From the NCBI GenBank assembly GCA_012295275.1, contig CM022672.1:9548001-9612000 (forward strand): a stretch of DNA of 64,000 nt, read 5' to 3'. Each line of letters begins with the position of its first letter. Position 1 is the first letter of the stretch. The position numbers and the translations under genes are program-made. The notes under the pieces were generated by a model that worked only from the letters and a program-made list of their open reading frames with translations, made no database searches and was not told the origin of the DNA. This document shows positions 15,169 through 27,772 of this stretch, piece after piece. The DNA is from Chrysomallon squamiferum (taxonomy: Eukaryota; Animalia; Mollusca).

Positions 15169-15537
15169 TGTCATTCACTCGCACTTTAATTCATACTTCC
15201 ATTTCATTCAGTGCACTCCATATATCATAAAAGAAAAATAATTTAAAAAAAGAAATGAAAAATAAAAATGCAGCTTTTCCACCATTGATTAACATTTATC
15301 CGTAATCTGTCAGAAATTATCGGTATATGTGCACGAATTGCGTGTCTTGATGCCCTATCTCTGTTTATAATGGAAAATGTTTTATTCCTTATTAAGATGA
15401 CATTAAATGGTCTGTAGACCAGTTCAGTACACTATGATCAATATCGAATGAATATTATCTGTGTACTTTTGTGTTCGGTAAACTTGTATATTTCCTCCTT
15501 ACCCTCGTTTTGTTGACATGTATATTTATAGACAGAC

Positions 15538-15581
<44 letters not shown>

Positions 15582-18035
15582 TATTTATATTATTCGCCGC
15601 TTCTATTATTGTTATTATTATTGTTATTTTCCAGAATCCGGAAAATACAAAGGAAATTAATGGTATGTGATTTTCTATGTTTGGGGAAAAAAAAAAAAAA
15701 AAAAAACAACAACAACAACAACAAACAACAATAATAATAATAATAATAATAATATAAAACAAAACAAAACAAAACAAAACAAAAACCGTAACAAACCAAT
15801 TAGTTGCAAATTATATTTGTTTACGTTCTTAAACTTACATGACAGAAACGATCATATATCTGGCACTTAATAAGGCAAAAATATCTGGCAAAAATATCAG
15901 GTGCTGCTAATGACATATTCAGTTATATGTGGTAAGCTGTGCTTGGACGTCAGATCACTCTTTCTCGGTTTTCTTACTGCACTTATCTCCAGTTCCAACC
16001 AAAGACCGACAACTGCTTACTTAAAGGTATTGCAAAACTAAATCTTTTTCTGCTTATCAAAGAATAGTTTCTGGCATCTGTTTTTTTTTTTTTTGTATTC
16101 ATTATTTGAAAATCTTTATGTATCATTCTCTGTAATCTTAAAATAAAACTGTTCTGCCATTACTCATTCATTTCACTTCTATATTCATATGTTGCAGGTC
16201 AGCATATACCCGTAATATGTATGGGATGGAGAAAAATCGGATAACGATAAGTGAAGTATCGATCTTTCTCGGTTCTATACTCGAGCAATACTCTGCAATA
16301 AATACGCCATTTCGTTTTTGCTGATATTGGCAAAAATATTAACCATCTATAGAATGAATAATTAGTATATCTCTCCTGCTCTAAACATTTCACTGAACTG
16401 ATATAAATTTATTATACACAACCTAATCCAATCTTTGTTATGGCAAACGGCATCCGCTTCAAAATAACAGCCATTGTGTCCAGACGGAAATGTGAGCATA
16501 GAATCAGTCTAATATAAGTCCACTTGAGAGCTAGCTCTATTCGATGTTGACTAATTAAATTCAAATCATTTAAAAAAAAAAAAAAAAAAAAAAAAATTGA
16601 ATGAAATGATTTTCGATAAACTCCATGAGCAGTAAAAAATATTCTACTCCTTATGGCTTCTTTAAGTTGAGAGTATATACCACCAATTTTGTAACAACAA
16701 TCAAACAAGTTGACAAGAAAAAAAAAATACCCTGTTGTCATGACAACTGTGTGTACAGTCCCATAGCGTTGCGTGTAAAATCTGTTTGAATCGATTAACA
16801 TTTATTACATTGATCGCTCCATTGTCTGAAATTTTCACACCGTTTAAAGACTGATTGAAATCTGAAAATACGTTTGCTTCTGCAAGGTTTACCAGGTTTA
16901 TTTTGATTGAATTCATTGTTTTGAGTTTATTATTCCTTTTTCTATTGGTCATTATGTTACTCTATATCAACATGTTTTTTGTTTTCTTTCACTGAAGACG
17001 TTTGTCAGGTGTTTCAGGAAAACAGAAGGATAAATATAGGAAGTCTGAAAACAAATGAAATAACTCGTGGCACTGCATAAAAAGAAAACGTATAGGAATT
17101 CTGTGTTTTCGTCACTTTGGAATATTTAAAATAAGATTTAAAAAAATAATAAATACACGAAAAAACCAACATGATGCCACAACAGTTGCAGTTATATTTC
17201 TTTCTAAGTGAAATCTCCTTCCTATTCTGGGGTGAGTATTATTAACATTTATTGTACTTCTTTATTCTGGATCTTTACTGAATTCTTTTCTTCTGTTATT
17301 ATTGTTATTGTTTTCTTTACTTTGATTTGCATAAAATTAAATTTTATATATTTTCAAAAATGAATTTTTTTACTTTTTCTTATAACTTGTCGTTAATATG
17401 GAATCCAAGATAATGGTCATGATAATGATGATGATGGAACTCGTAGCAGTAGTAGTTGTTGTTGTCGTTCTAGCAGTAGATGTAGCAGTGGTAGTGGCTG
17501 TTGTTGTTGTTGTAATTGTGGTCGTAGTGGTAATCGAATTCGTGACATTTGTAGTTATGGTAACCGTAATTGTAGAAGTTGTTTTACTTGCTGTTGTTGT
17601 AGTAGTTGTTGTTGTAGGAGTAATCTGAATAATTGTTGTCACGGCAGAATTAGTAGTACTGCACCTACAAAGAAATCTGAGAGGTAACAAAAGCATTAAT
17701 ACTGATGTTGGTTTTGATTACAGCGGTCTGTTGTTTTATTCGTGTAGCTATTAGGTAGTACTTTAGTAATAGTAGTAGTTGGAGCTGTACAGTTTTGGTG
17801 CTATTGCTTAAAAATTATACTTTTAAATACTTTATACTTCCCGCATCCAATCTTTCCGTATAATAAAGTATGACGTCGCAATCCGAAGTATTTTTTGATA
17901 TCTTTTGTGTCCACAAATTCATAAACAGCGTAGTTTATTTGGTTCTTTTTATTATTATTATTATTATTGTTGTTGTTGTTGTTGTTGTTGTTGCTATTTT
18001 TGTTATTTATTATTATTATTTGTTTGTTTGTTTAT

Positions 18036-18067
<32 letters not shown>

Positions 18068-18599
18068 TTTAATATATTATTGATTATCATGGTAGCACGT
18101 TTTATTTATTGATTCGGAATAAATTTTGTAACTGGATATCTGTTACAGTTGTGATGTCATGAATAATGTATGATGCAATATTTCATTTTATTTTTATTTA
18201 TTTATTGATCTGATTTGCCAAGTGAGACTGATATTTAATAGCGATACGTTGTTTTTTGTTGTTTGTTTTTTTTTTTTTTTTGCTTATTAAAGATTAATAT
18301 TACATTTTATTATTTACGATTATCAAAGAATCTTTTTGAAAAAAATAATAAAATAAATTAATAAACGATATTGATATTGCTGTGATAAAACCTGATTCTG
18401 CTGATCCTCTGACTACGGTCTCTGATTAAGAACAACACGCTTCTACGTTTATGATTCTGTTTTGAGTTTTTGTTTCAAGATCTACAAACAATACCTATTT
18501 ACTGTCGCATTTAGCTTGTCACTGAGAACAGATTGTTAATTAAAAACACGTTTTTAAAACAAACAGAGCAGGCAGTGTATTACGGTAACTTAAAAAGAG

Positions 18600-19400
18600 A
18601 CTGTCAGACTTCTGTTGACTCCAATTCATCACCACAAGACTACAAACGGATAATACTGTCTATGAACAACCAGATAGAGAACCTCTGATGTATAATTATA
18701 TGTTAGTTTTACGTTGTGATATTCACGTTTCTGCCTCTGCCCTGTGAATTATCAATGGCCAGTATACAGACAAAACCGACTGAATACTATCACGTTTGTT
18801 ATTTTAACCATTAAAGCTAACCTCTTTTCCTGTTGCATACATATTATTTCACGTTCTACACAGAGCTCTATAAGTTATCAACAGCTAACGTATAGAAAAT
18901 GCTGTCTGTTAGTAATCAGTAAAAGAACCAGTTGTACACTTTTGTATCAGTTTAAATATTAACATCTGTTCCTCTTGCGGACATCATTTGCCCTTCCTTC
19001 CAGTGCTGTGTAATTTATCAATGGCCAGCCTGCAGGCAATACCTGTCTGTGATTAAACAGTTTAACTTTTAAAACAAATGTCTGTCTCTATTACATATAC
19101 ACGTTATGTCCCGTTCTTGTCAGTGCCCTGTAATATATCACTAAGTACAGACAGTACCGTCTGAGAGTAAACTGGTTGGATCGTTCATGTTAGCATAAGT
19201 ATTAACGCTATGAGCTCATGTATTCACACGTGCATTATCTCACGTTAAAGCCAGTGCAAAGTCATTTATCACGTGTCTGTATACAGAAAGTACTAAGCAT
19301 TAACAGAACCGGCTAGAAGCTGTTATGTTAGTTTAACTGTTAAAACTAACTTCAGTATAACTTACAAACACTCATGATTTCCCGTTCCTGCCAGTGTAAA
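18600..19400. repeat. Ancient degenerate tandem repeat, about 120-140 bp period, 6-7 units
   Basis: A motif of the form c(a/c)cgttc..gccagtgc..tgtaatttatcaa....tacagacaa.ac.gtctg recurs at about 18724, 18850, 18991, 19110, 19241 and 19381. Confidence 0.65.
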
Positions 19401-20109
19401 GACCGTGTTATGTGCTGTACTATTTGTGAAAAGCATTTCAGCAAATCGGTGACAGCTCACTATTGTTAATTTTTGTTTCTGTAGTTAATTTTCTTTTCTT
19501 TTAATTTAATTCAGTTTTTATTCTATTTTTTTTATTATTATTTAAAAAAAAAAAAAAAATCTTTTTTAAGATTACATTTTCTCTTTTCTTTTCGTTCATT
19601 TTATTTTTATTATTTAATTAATTTTTTTTTTTCTTTTCTATTTGCTTTCTACAAGAATTTCAGTCAGTGTAATCAGGGAAATATGTTGAGCTTTGTTCAG
19701 TAAATCGTTTTAATTAAATAGCCCATTTCAAGCAAACAGTTATCTACGTGTTCGTCGCTAATTTCTGTATTATGTGTCTGCAGATCGATAGACAGCGTTG
19801 TTTGTTATTTGTTCGTCTTGTGTTTCCCTAGCTCTGTAGTGTTTCAAGTGAAAACGAGATCTTTTCGATAACCTTTTTAAGAGAATTAACCAATTATCGA
19901 TCAGCAAATTGTGATAACATGTGAATGTCAGGTTGATTTTGTTCGTTATACGGCTATGATAATATTACATTTAACAATGTTAATAACAATGTTATGCTTT
20001 GAAACCCCTCTTCTTCTACATACTTTTTGTTCGATCTATTAGACATAATAGCTCACATATTATGTATGAAATAAAATGGAATGTTTAAACAGCTACATAA
20101 ATAACCAAA

Positions 20110-20148
<39 letters not shown>

Positions 20149-20803
20149 ATTAATAAACAAACAATCAAACAAACAAATAAAAGTAGCACATTTTTCAAGT
20201 ATGAGTTCCCTTGTTAGCCATCCAGTGTATAACGAATTCAAAGTGATAAAAATCCTGTCCCTATCTAGTTATCTATTGGCGTCACGTCATTCCATTGTTG
20301 ACGTATCTTTTATACTTCGGACGTCACTGAAATCACAACAATTTTCGTAGTGTTAATGTAATCATGTTTACCTCAATTTTCTAGCTCTGGAATTACTCAA
20401 ACTGAACCTGCGCCTTTATACATTCCATTTCTGAATTCAGTCTACATATTTTGTAAATGAATGTCTGTAATTTGATACATAATGCTACTGTTTTTCACAG
20501 AATGCGTCAAAAAATGACAGTTTATAGTTTATTGTACATATAAAGGCCTACATAAAATAAACCTAATGTATAAAAAAAATAATAATAATAATACAAAAAT
20601 TGATTTTTAATAATTTTCGATTTAAGCAAGTTGTTAAAAAGTAGCATAGGTAAAAATAATTTAACAAACTGTCAACTTTGAATTTAAACTGAGGACATTT
20701 TATGCATCTAGAAACACACTCTCTTTAGAGAAACTTCGGCCAAATCATCGGGAATTAATGATATCATCACTCCCAGGTCAGAACAGAGGGGACTGGCCAT
20801 CTT

Positions 20804-20836
<33 letters not shown>

Positions 20837-21153
20837 CTATTTGAAAAAATATATGATATTTAAAAAGCCAAAACATTAAATTGTCTTGAATTAGTTTCAT
20901 CCATTTATTCATAAGCTAAGCTTAGAATCATAATGGCTTTATTTTTGTTGTTGTTGTTGTTGTTGTTGTTCTTCTTCTTCTTATTATTATTATAAGTAGT
21001 TGTAATTGTAGTAGTGGTAGTAGTAATAGTAGTAATAGTAGTAGTAGTAGCAGCAGCAGCAATTTATAGTATAATAGTAGTAGTAGTAGTAGTAGTAGTA
21101 GTAATCTTTATTTTTTAAAACAAAGATTAATCAAATATACATGTATAGTAGTA

Positions 21154-21675
21154 ATGGAAGTAATGATGTTGTTGTTATTGTTCCTATTATTAATTCCAGG
21201 ATTCAGTTCGGCGCAGACCACAGAATTCATTACATTTGCTCCCAACGTGACGGACGACGCCTGCGACTGTCAGTGCAACACGATTGTAATAGGCAACGTC
21301 ACTAAGAGTGTAGAACAGATCGAGGTGGAGGTGAGAAAACTGGTGGAACAGCTAAAGATCAACAAAGCGGAAATCTCAGCCACGGCTCGCAAAAAGACTA
21401 GCGCCAAGGACTACAGGCCGTCGGCTCAGTCCATCGGCTACGTCGGCATCATCTGCCTTGTTGCCTCGATCGGCGGGATTGTGTTACTGGACCTCGACGT
21501 CATATGGAGGGATATAAAGTTTGCCAAGTTCACTGTGAGGGAGATTGCCAACAGTTCCAACGAGTCTGTCATTCGGGAGACGGTGATCATTGACCAAAAC
21601 GTATCAAGTGAAAACTGGGATAGCGCGAAGCCTTTAAATACGGACAACATTAATGTGGAGAATGAGAAAAAATAA
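21154..21675 (+). CDS. Uncharacterised single-pass membrane protein (CxCxC, helical segment, TSAxDxRPSA motif, TM helix); terminal exon or single-exon gene
   Basis: GC-rich, coding-like sequence from about 21200 to TAA at 21673-21675: CDCQC, VEVRKLVEQLKINKAEISATARKKTSAKDYRPSAQSIG, hydrophobic IGYVGIICLVASIGGIVLLDL, two NVT sequons. A ttccag acceptor lies at 21199/21200, so the true N-terminus is uncertain. Confidence 0.75.
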   Translation: MEVMMLLLLFLLLIPGFSSAQTTEFITFAPNVTDDACDCQCNTIVIGNVTKSVEQIEVEVRKLVEQLKINKAEISATARKKTSAKDYRPSAQSIGYVGIICLVASIGGIVLLDLDVIWRDIKFAKFTVREIANSSNESVIRETVIIDQNVSSENWDSAKPLNTDNINVENEKK

Positions 21676-22328
21676 ATGTACAAGAAAGCTGAACCGTATT
21701 GTACCTCCAGCCATTAATTTTATTCCTGAAACTCTGTTGTCGTCATCGTTATTAATTAAGTGTTGGCAAAGTAGTTGCTTGTAATCAAAACAAATCGAGA
21801 CAGGCTATTTCGTTGTGCTGTTCTTTGTTAAAGTACACGTCTATTCAACTAGACGTCAGGTATTATAGTTAACCAGTATATAAATATGGTATATAAATGT
21901 TTGTTACATATAGCTGACTAATGAAAGTATGCCATTTAACTTTGCTATAAAAATAACAAGAACGTTAGAAACATAATAAATTATAACAATTATATAGAAA
22001 AATAATATTTATTCAAATATATCCATGTAATATAGTAAATCATTCTAAACTGCATAATAAATGTAAATAAATTTCATTCATAGTAATATTTAAAAAATAA
22101 AAGAATCAAAAGTAACAATGTGCACTGTAAACATCAAACTGAAATAACAAGGTGGGCATTTTTTGTTTTTGTGCTTTTTATTTGTTTAATTATTGTTATT
22201 AATATTACACAAACTAATGTGTATATTTATATCTGTGTGTATGTATATTTTAAATTTCCTTTGTTGTTATTTTGTTTCTGTTTTGTTTATCTCTGAGCAT
22301 GCATGTTTTTTAGGGATTATTATTATTA

Positions 22329-22371
<43 letters not shown>

Positions 22372-22375
22372 TTTT

Positions 22376-22712
22376 AAAGTAATAAAGCTGCTGAAATGAT
22401 CAAAATAAATAATTTTTGTAATCTTTATGTGTTAAAGTGTAAATATCTTTATAAATACAAATTTAGAAATCACAAAATTATAAAATAAAACATTTTAAAA
22501 ATACAGCACTGAAAAAAAGTAAGCATTAATTTCGTTTCATTCTAAAGTAATAAATATTGCTGAAATTACAAAATAATATTTTTTTTGTAATCTCTATGTA
22601 TTAAAGTATAAATATCTTTATAAATACAAATTTAGAAATCATAAAATTGCAAAATAAAACATTTTAAAAATACAGCATTGAAAAAAGTAATCATTAATTT
22701 GGATTCATTCTA
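22376..22712. repeat. Two-copy tandem duplication of about 168 bp
   Basis: 22376-22543 and 22544-22712 align closely (aaagtaataaa...aaatatctttataaatacaaatttagaaatca...cattttaaaaatacagca...ttcattcta). Confidence 0.9.
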
Positions 22713-23223
22713 CATACAGACATGTATCACAGATGTACAGCAATAAGATTCAGGAAATTAGTGGTACCAACAAAATGGTGAATTCAACATTAAAAAATAA
22801 TATGTCAAAACACAAGAAACAAAACAATGAGGGTGTTAGGAGAAGAATGGAAGTTACTGAATGTGATCTTGCTTGAATCTGAATTTATCTGAGAATGGAT
22901 GGAAATGAAGTAAATGTTTACCAGTGTCCCAGTACAAAACAGTTGGAGGTGAAATGTTATTTGAAACATTTAAGGAATAAAGAGATAATCTGTTCCTATG
23001 TTGTTTCCTTTGTTCTTTTTGCCCTCTTTTTCACATTTTTTTCCCCCTTTTATTAGGTTTCAAATATATATATAGATTTTTTTTTAATAGCAGTAGACTG
23101 ATTATTTCTGTCTGTGTTATCTCCCTTTCTAGGTATAGCTGTGAAAAATACACTTCAGTGAATTGACACAAGTATGTAAGATAAATAATTTAAATTATTA
23201 ACATGTAAATACTGCAGACAGAA

Positions 23224-24984
23224 TCAACAGTTTCTTTCATGTGGCTCCCTGTACGAAATTTTTAGATTGTCAAACGCTTCTCTCTCACTTCTAGCTGGAA
23301 TAGATTTACCCTGAAATTCATAAAATTTAAATTTAAATAAACAAACATTTTTAAAATTTATAAATAATCATTTATTTATACAATAATTTCTATTTACAGT
23401 ACCACTTACAAATGATGAAGATTATAAAAATACTTTGTTAATAAAATACAATAAAACAATTTATTAAAAATTTATTTCACTACATGCTAAATTAGAGCAT
23501 ATTTTATTAGCTTATAACTGAACAAAAAGAAGCTAAATGATACTGAAATGAAGACAGTTAAAAGTGAATACCTCAGCTAAGCTGTACAAGCCGTGACTGG
23601 TGAGTTTCATGTTGAGGACTCTCTGAGCGTACAGTCTCAGATCTCTGTTGTAATGCTTACTGCCTGTCCAGCCAACCAGCGCATACCAGTACTGACTGTA
23701 TGGCGAAACTATCAAATCAACCCTCCTAGCTGTCCAGTCTCTGTCCACACCAGCAATACCTTTAACACTCACATTGTCAGCGGCCATTTTCTTCAGCTTC
23801 GCTTTCGGTTCAGATTCTGTTTTGTCATCGAGGCTTCCGTTAGAACTGGCAATGTCTTTATCGTCCGGTGTGTTTGTTTTTTCATCACATTTGGACTGTA
23901 AATTGTCTCCTTTCATTCCTTGTTTGAATGATTTGGGAAATTTGCAGATTCCCAGCCATTTCTCAAAGTGATCCAGCTGTCCTTTCATGCTGCGTTTGTT
24001 GTCCGAGACGAGACTTTCGTCAGAGTATGAGTTCTTTTCATGATTTCCACAGAGGACGAGACCAAGTTGTTCCAGTCTGTTTGTGAGCTGTTTGAGGATT
24101 CCCAGTTCTTTACCCTCATCAGGGTGAGTGATCAGTATGTCAACATCATGGCCACTACTCTTTTTTCTGTGAAAAAAAAAACATTATTCAAAAATAAAAA
24201 TTTAAATATTAAATAAATAAATACAAATAAAACAGAAGGGTATTGTTACAATACAGAGAACAGAGATGTAGACACCACATTTTTCAACAAAATGGATTTA
24301 AAAAGAATTACAGTCTATTTCATAATGTATTAATGATAACGTTCTTCAGACTCGAGAATAAGAAAGTGTACTTTATATCTGAAAATAAGCTAGCACAAAA
24401 AGAATTGGTCTCAACAGTAGTACAGTTCTGAACAGTAATTCTTTGTACATAAACTTTACTTTGTTACTTCAAACAAAACACTAAACTGAAGTCTTCTTTT
24501 TAACATATTTCATAATATAATTGCTGGGGAATGATTTATTTTTCTCTATGCCACCATACCCTGTATAGTGGTAAAACAACAATGATACCAGGAAGAAGTT
24601 GCTTTCTTATTTCTTTTAATAACATTTTTTATTATAACCACTGAGGAATGATTTATTTTTCTATTATGGCACCATGCAAAGTGTATCAGTAAAACAAAAC
24701 ATATGTTACAAACCTCCTGAATCCACCAGCCAGTTCCACTATGACCCCAGGAAGAAGTTTCTCAGTTTCTTCTTTAACAAGCTGTGTGAACATTTCAGCT
24801 TCATGAATCAACACTGGATCCGTGAGATCTGAGTGGAATGCCAAACCTACAAGACAATCACCCAAAGCTCAAAACCCATAAATTAAAAATTAATGTAAAT
24901 ATATTATTTTTCCATTTTAAAACTTTGTGAAACGTTGAGTGCTTTAAAAACGATCAAGAAATCTTTTTATTATATATATTGTCT

Positions 24985-25023
<39 letters not shown>

Positions 25024-27729
25024 GTGTAACCAGCCTCCATTACTTGTTAAGTATGATAATAAAAGAACAAAGTCAAAGGGATAAATGTTGCCTCCCATCT
25101 TCACATTTTTAAAAGTGTTATTACATACAAAGAATAGTATATCAAAAAAAGAAAAAAAGAAGAAGGGATTTCAGTAGAATTTGTGAATAATTCTTTATTA
25201 TTATTAAAAACTGTCTAGGAATAAAAATAAAACAATATTTTGGAAATCTAGAAAAAAAGTATTTAACACACTCTAAGCTGACAAAAACTAAATTAATTAA
25301 TTAACATGGTTTATTCCAATAGTTTAAAAACAGCAACATTTTTTGGGGGGAACACAGAGAAATTATATAAAAATTGTTCTAAATACCCCAAATAATTCTC
25401 CAGTCATTACTGACGTTCTCACACTGTTGAGCATCCTCTACCCTGGTCCATCCTTTTTCTATCCACTTCTTAGCTGTTGAAGGCCCCACACCAAAAACAC
25501 TGGTGAACATCTGTAATGAAAAACACTGGTGAACATCTGTAATGAAAAACACTGGTGAACATCTGTAATGAAAATGTATAAAAAAAACATATTAGCACTG
25601 CATTCACTTTTCATAAAACAATCTAAATGAAACCAAGATCAAACTGGTTGTATAAACAGCTGTATGTTTATGATAGTATACTTATAGCAGAGTACTAGCA
25701 ATACTTGTAGATTTCAAATGGAAGTAGTAATAATTATCACTGTAATATTAGTAGTAGTATTGTTGTTGTAATAGTAGTAGAATCTGTGGTACTTATGTAG
25801 GAATAATTACAGTAACTATAGTAGTAGCAGTAGATGTAATTAATGCTGAAATAATAATTATAAAATAATAATAATAATTATGTAAAAGATTAAAAACAAT
25901 AATTAAACAGTAATAATAATTTTTATTTTTTATTTTCAGAAGTTTAAAGATCAATTTAAAATGTAAAACAATAAAAAAGAATTATCTACCTTCATCTTTT
26001 GAAACCAAGTATCTTTCTTAATCACCTCCACTTCCTCGCTGACTCCGTTATTTAACATGTCCTGTGTGAAAAATTAGTATAAATATTTCAGTTTTACTAT
26101 ATAATTCTGAATGCTGCTGTAGTGGTAATAAATAATATATAATTTTTAAACAGATGTTTATAATACACTTTCTGACTCCCTGCTCATCTCATAGGAAGCA
26201 TTTTAACATACACTGACAGTGAAAGATGTCAGAGATATTTTTAAAATGTTGCTATAGTTTTAATTCTGTTATTTGTTTTGATTTGATTTGATTTGATTTA
26301 CTTTTATTTTATTTTATTTTATTTTATTTTATTTTATTTTATTTTATTTTATTTTATTTTATTTTATTTTATTTTATTTATCCTTATTTTATTTTTTATT
26401 TTATTTTATTGTTACATTTCTAATTATTACTTTTTACAAAATGAATCTCAGGATGAGAGGTATTAATCTCACTGTTATCACTCTCAGACTGTGAGCTCCT
26501 ATATCTTTGATATCTTGTATCTGAGAAACATCAGTCACAGTGAATGGTAGACTCTTCAGCACACAGGATGCTCGTCGAAAAGCCAGAGCTCTTGAGTAGT
26601 CCTGATTGGCATCACGCATTTCAGCATATTTCTGAAGAATCTCCAATACTTCCTGAAATGTTTTAATACACACACATATATATGAAATATATCAGTACAT
26701 ATACAAATGCATAAAGAAGATAATATGTACAAAATTTTAAGCTAGTAAGTTTAAGTTTTGAAAATAGGTAACAAACAGTTAATAATGATTAATTTACTGC
26801 TTTTTCGTAACACTATTGTTAATCAGGTATGTTTTCTGATATCAAGATACACAAAAATTAAATCAGAGGACATTCTAAATTACTTTTCAATATTTAAGTA
26901 ATTCAAAAAAATAATAATATAAAAATGAAAAGATAAAATTAATACAAAAAGATCAATGATAACTCTCAGATCAGAATCAAAGGCTGCCATCAATTGACAC
27001 ATATAATAAGTTTTTTAACAAGCAAATATAAGTCTTAACAAGTCAGCTATAGTGCACTAACTAACTGGAAATAGATGTTATCCAGCATTTAGAAACATCA
27101 ACTGAGATTATAAATACAACTCATAATGAACTGTTTAAAAGTAAACACTGGTTGGAATCTGACAGATTTTTAGAGGAATATATAAAAAAGACTAAATACA
27201 TGTGAAAATCTTACCACAAACTTGTGGTTCTGGTGTTGTAATAATGTCACTCTCTGACAGGCCCACTCAGCGACAAGAGGCTCCTTTGTTGAAAAATCCT
27301 TGGCCTCTGTCTGCATTAAAACATAAAATAAATGAGATGTTGTGTGTTTGTGTGTCTGTTTTTCTGAACACATATACACACAATATTGTGTATTTTTCTA
27401 TGACAAAATGTTAGCTGAAGAAGAAGAAGATTTTGAGATGAGTTAACTAAAAGAAAAATTAAAAATATAAAGAAAACAAAGATAAAGAAAAATAAAATAA
27501 GACAGATATCTTAGTTGTTATCTTAATTTTGAAAATTGTTTGGTAGAGAAATTATTTATTTATGGTTTCTTCTAAAACACATGTTCAGGAGTGTTCAAAG
27601 TTCATGTTGGAAGTTTCAAATTTCTTTTCCTTAAAGCTTTATGTTACTAGTTTGCCTTGAAAACCAATAAATTGTAACAAATGACGATATTTAACCCAAA
27701 ACATTTCATAGCACAAAAATAATAGTAGC

Positions 27730-27772
<43 letters not shown>

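Noticed and set aside
17370-17696. Thr-rich mucin-like ORF (minus) and Val-rich ORF (plus)
   Set aside because: Degenerate (GTA/GTT)n simple repeat with no convincing splice sites or flanking coding sequence.
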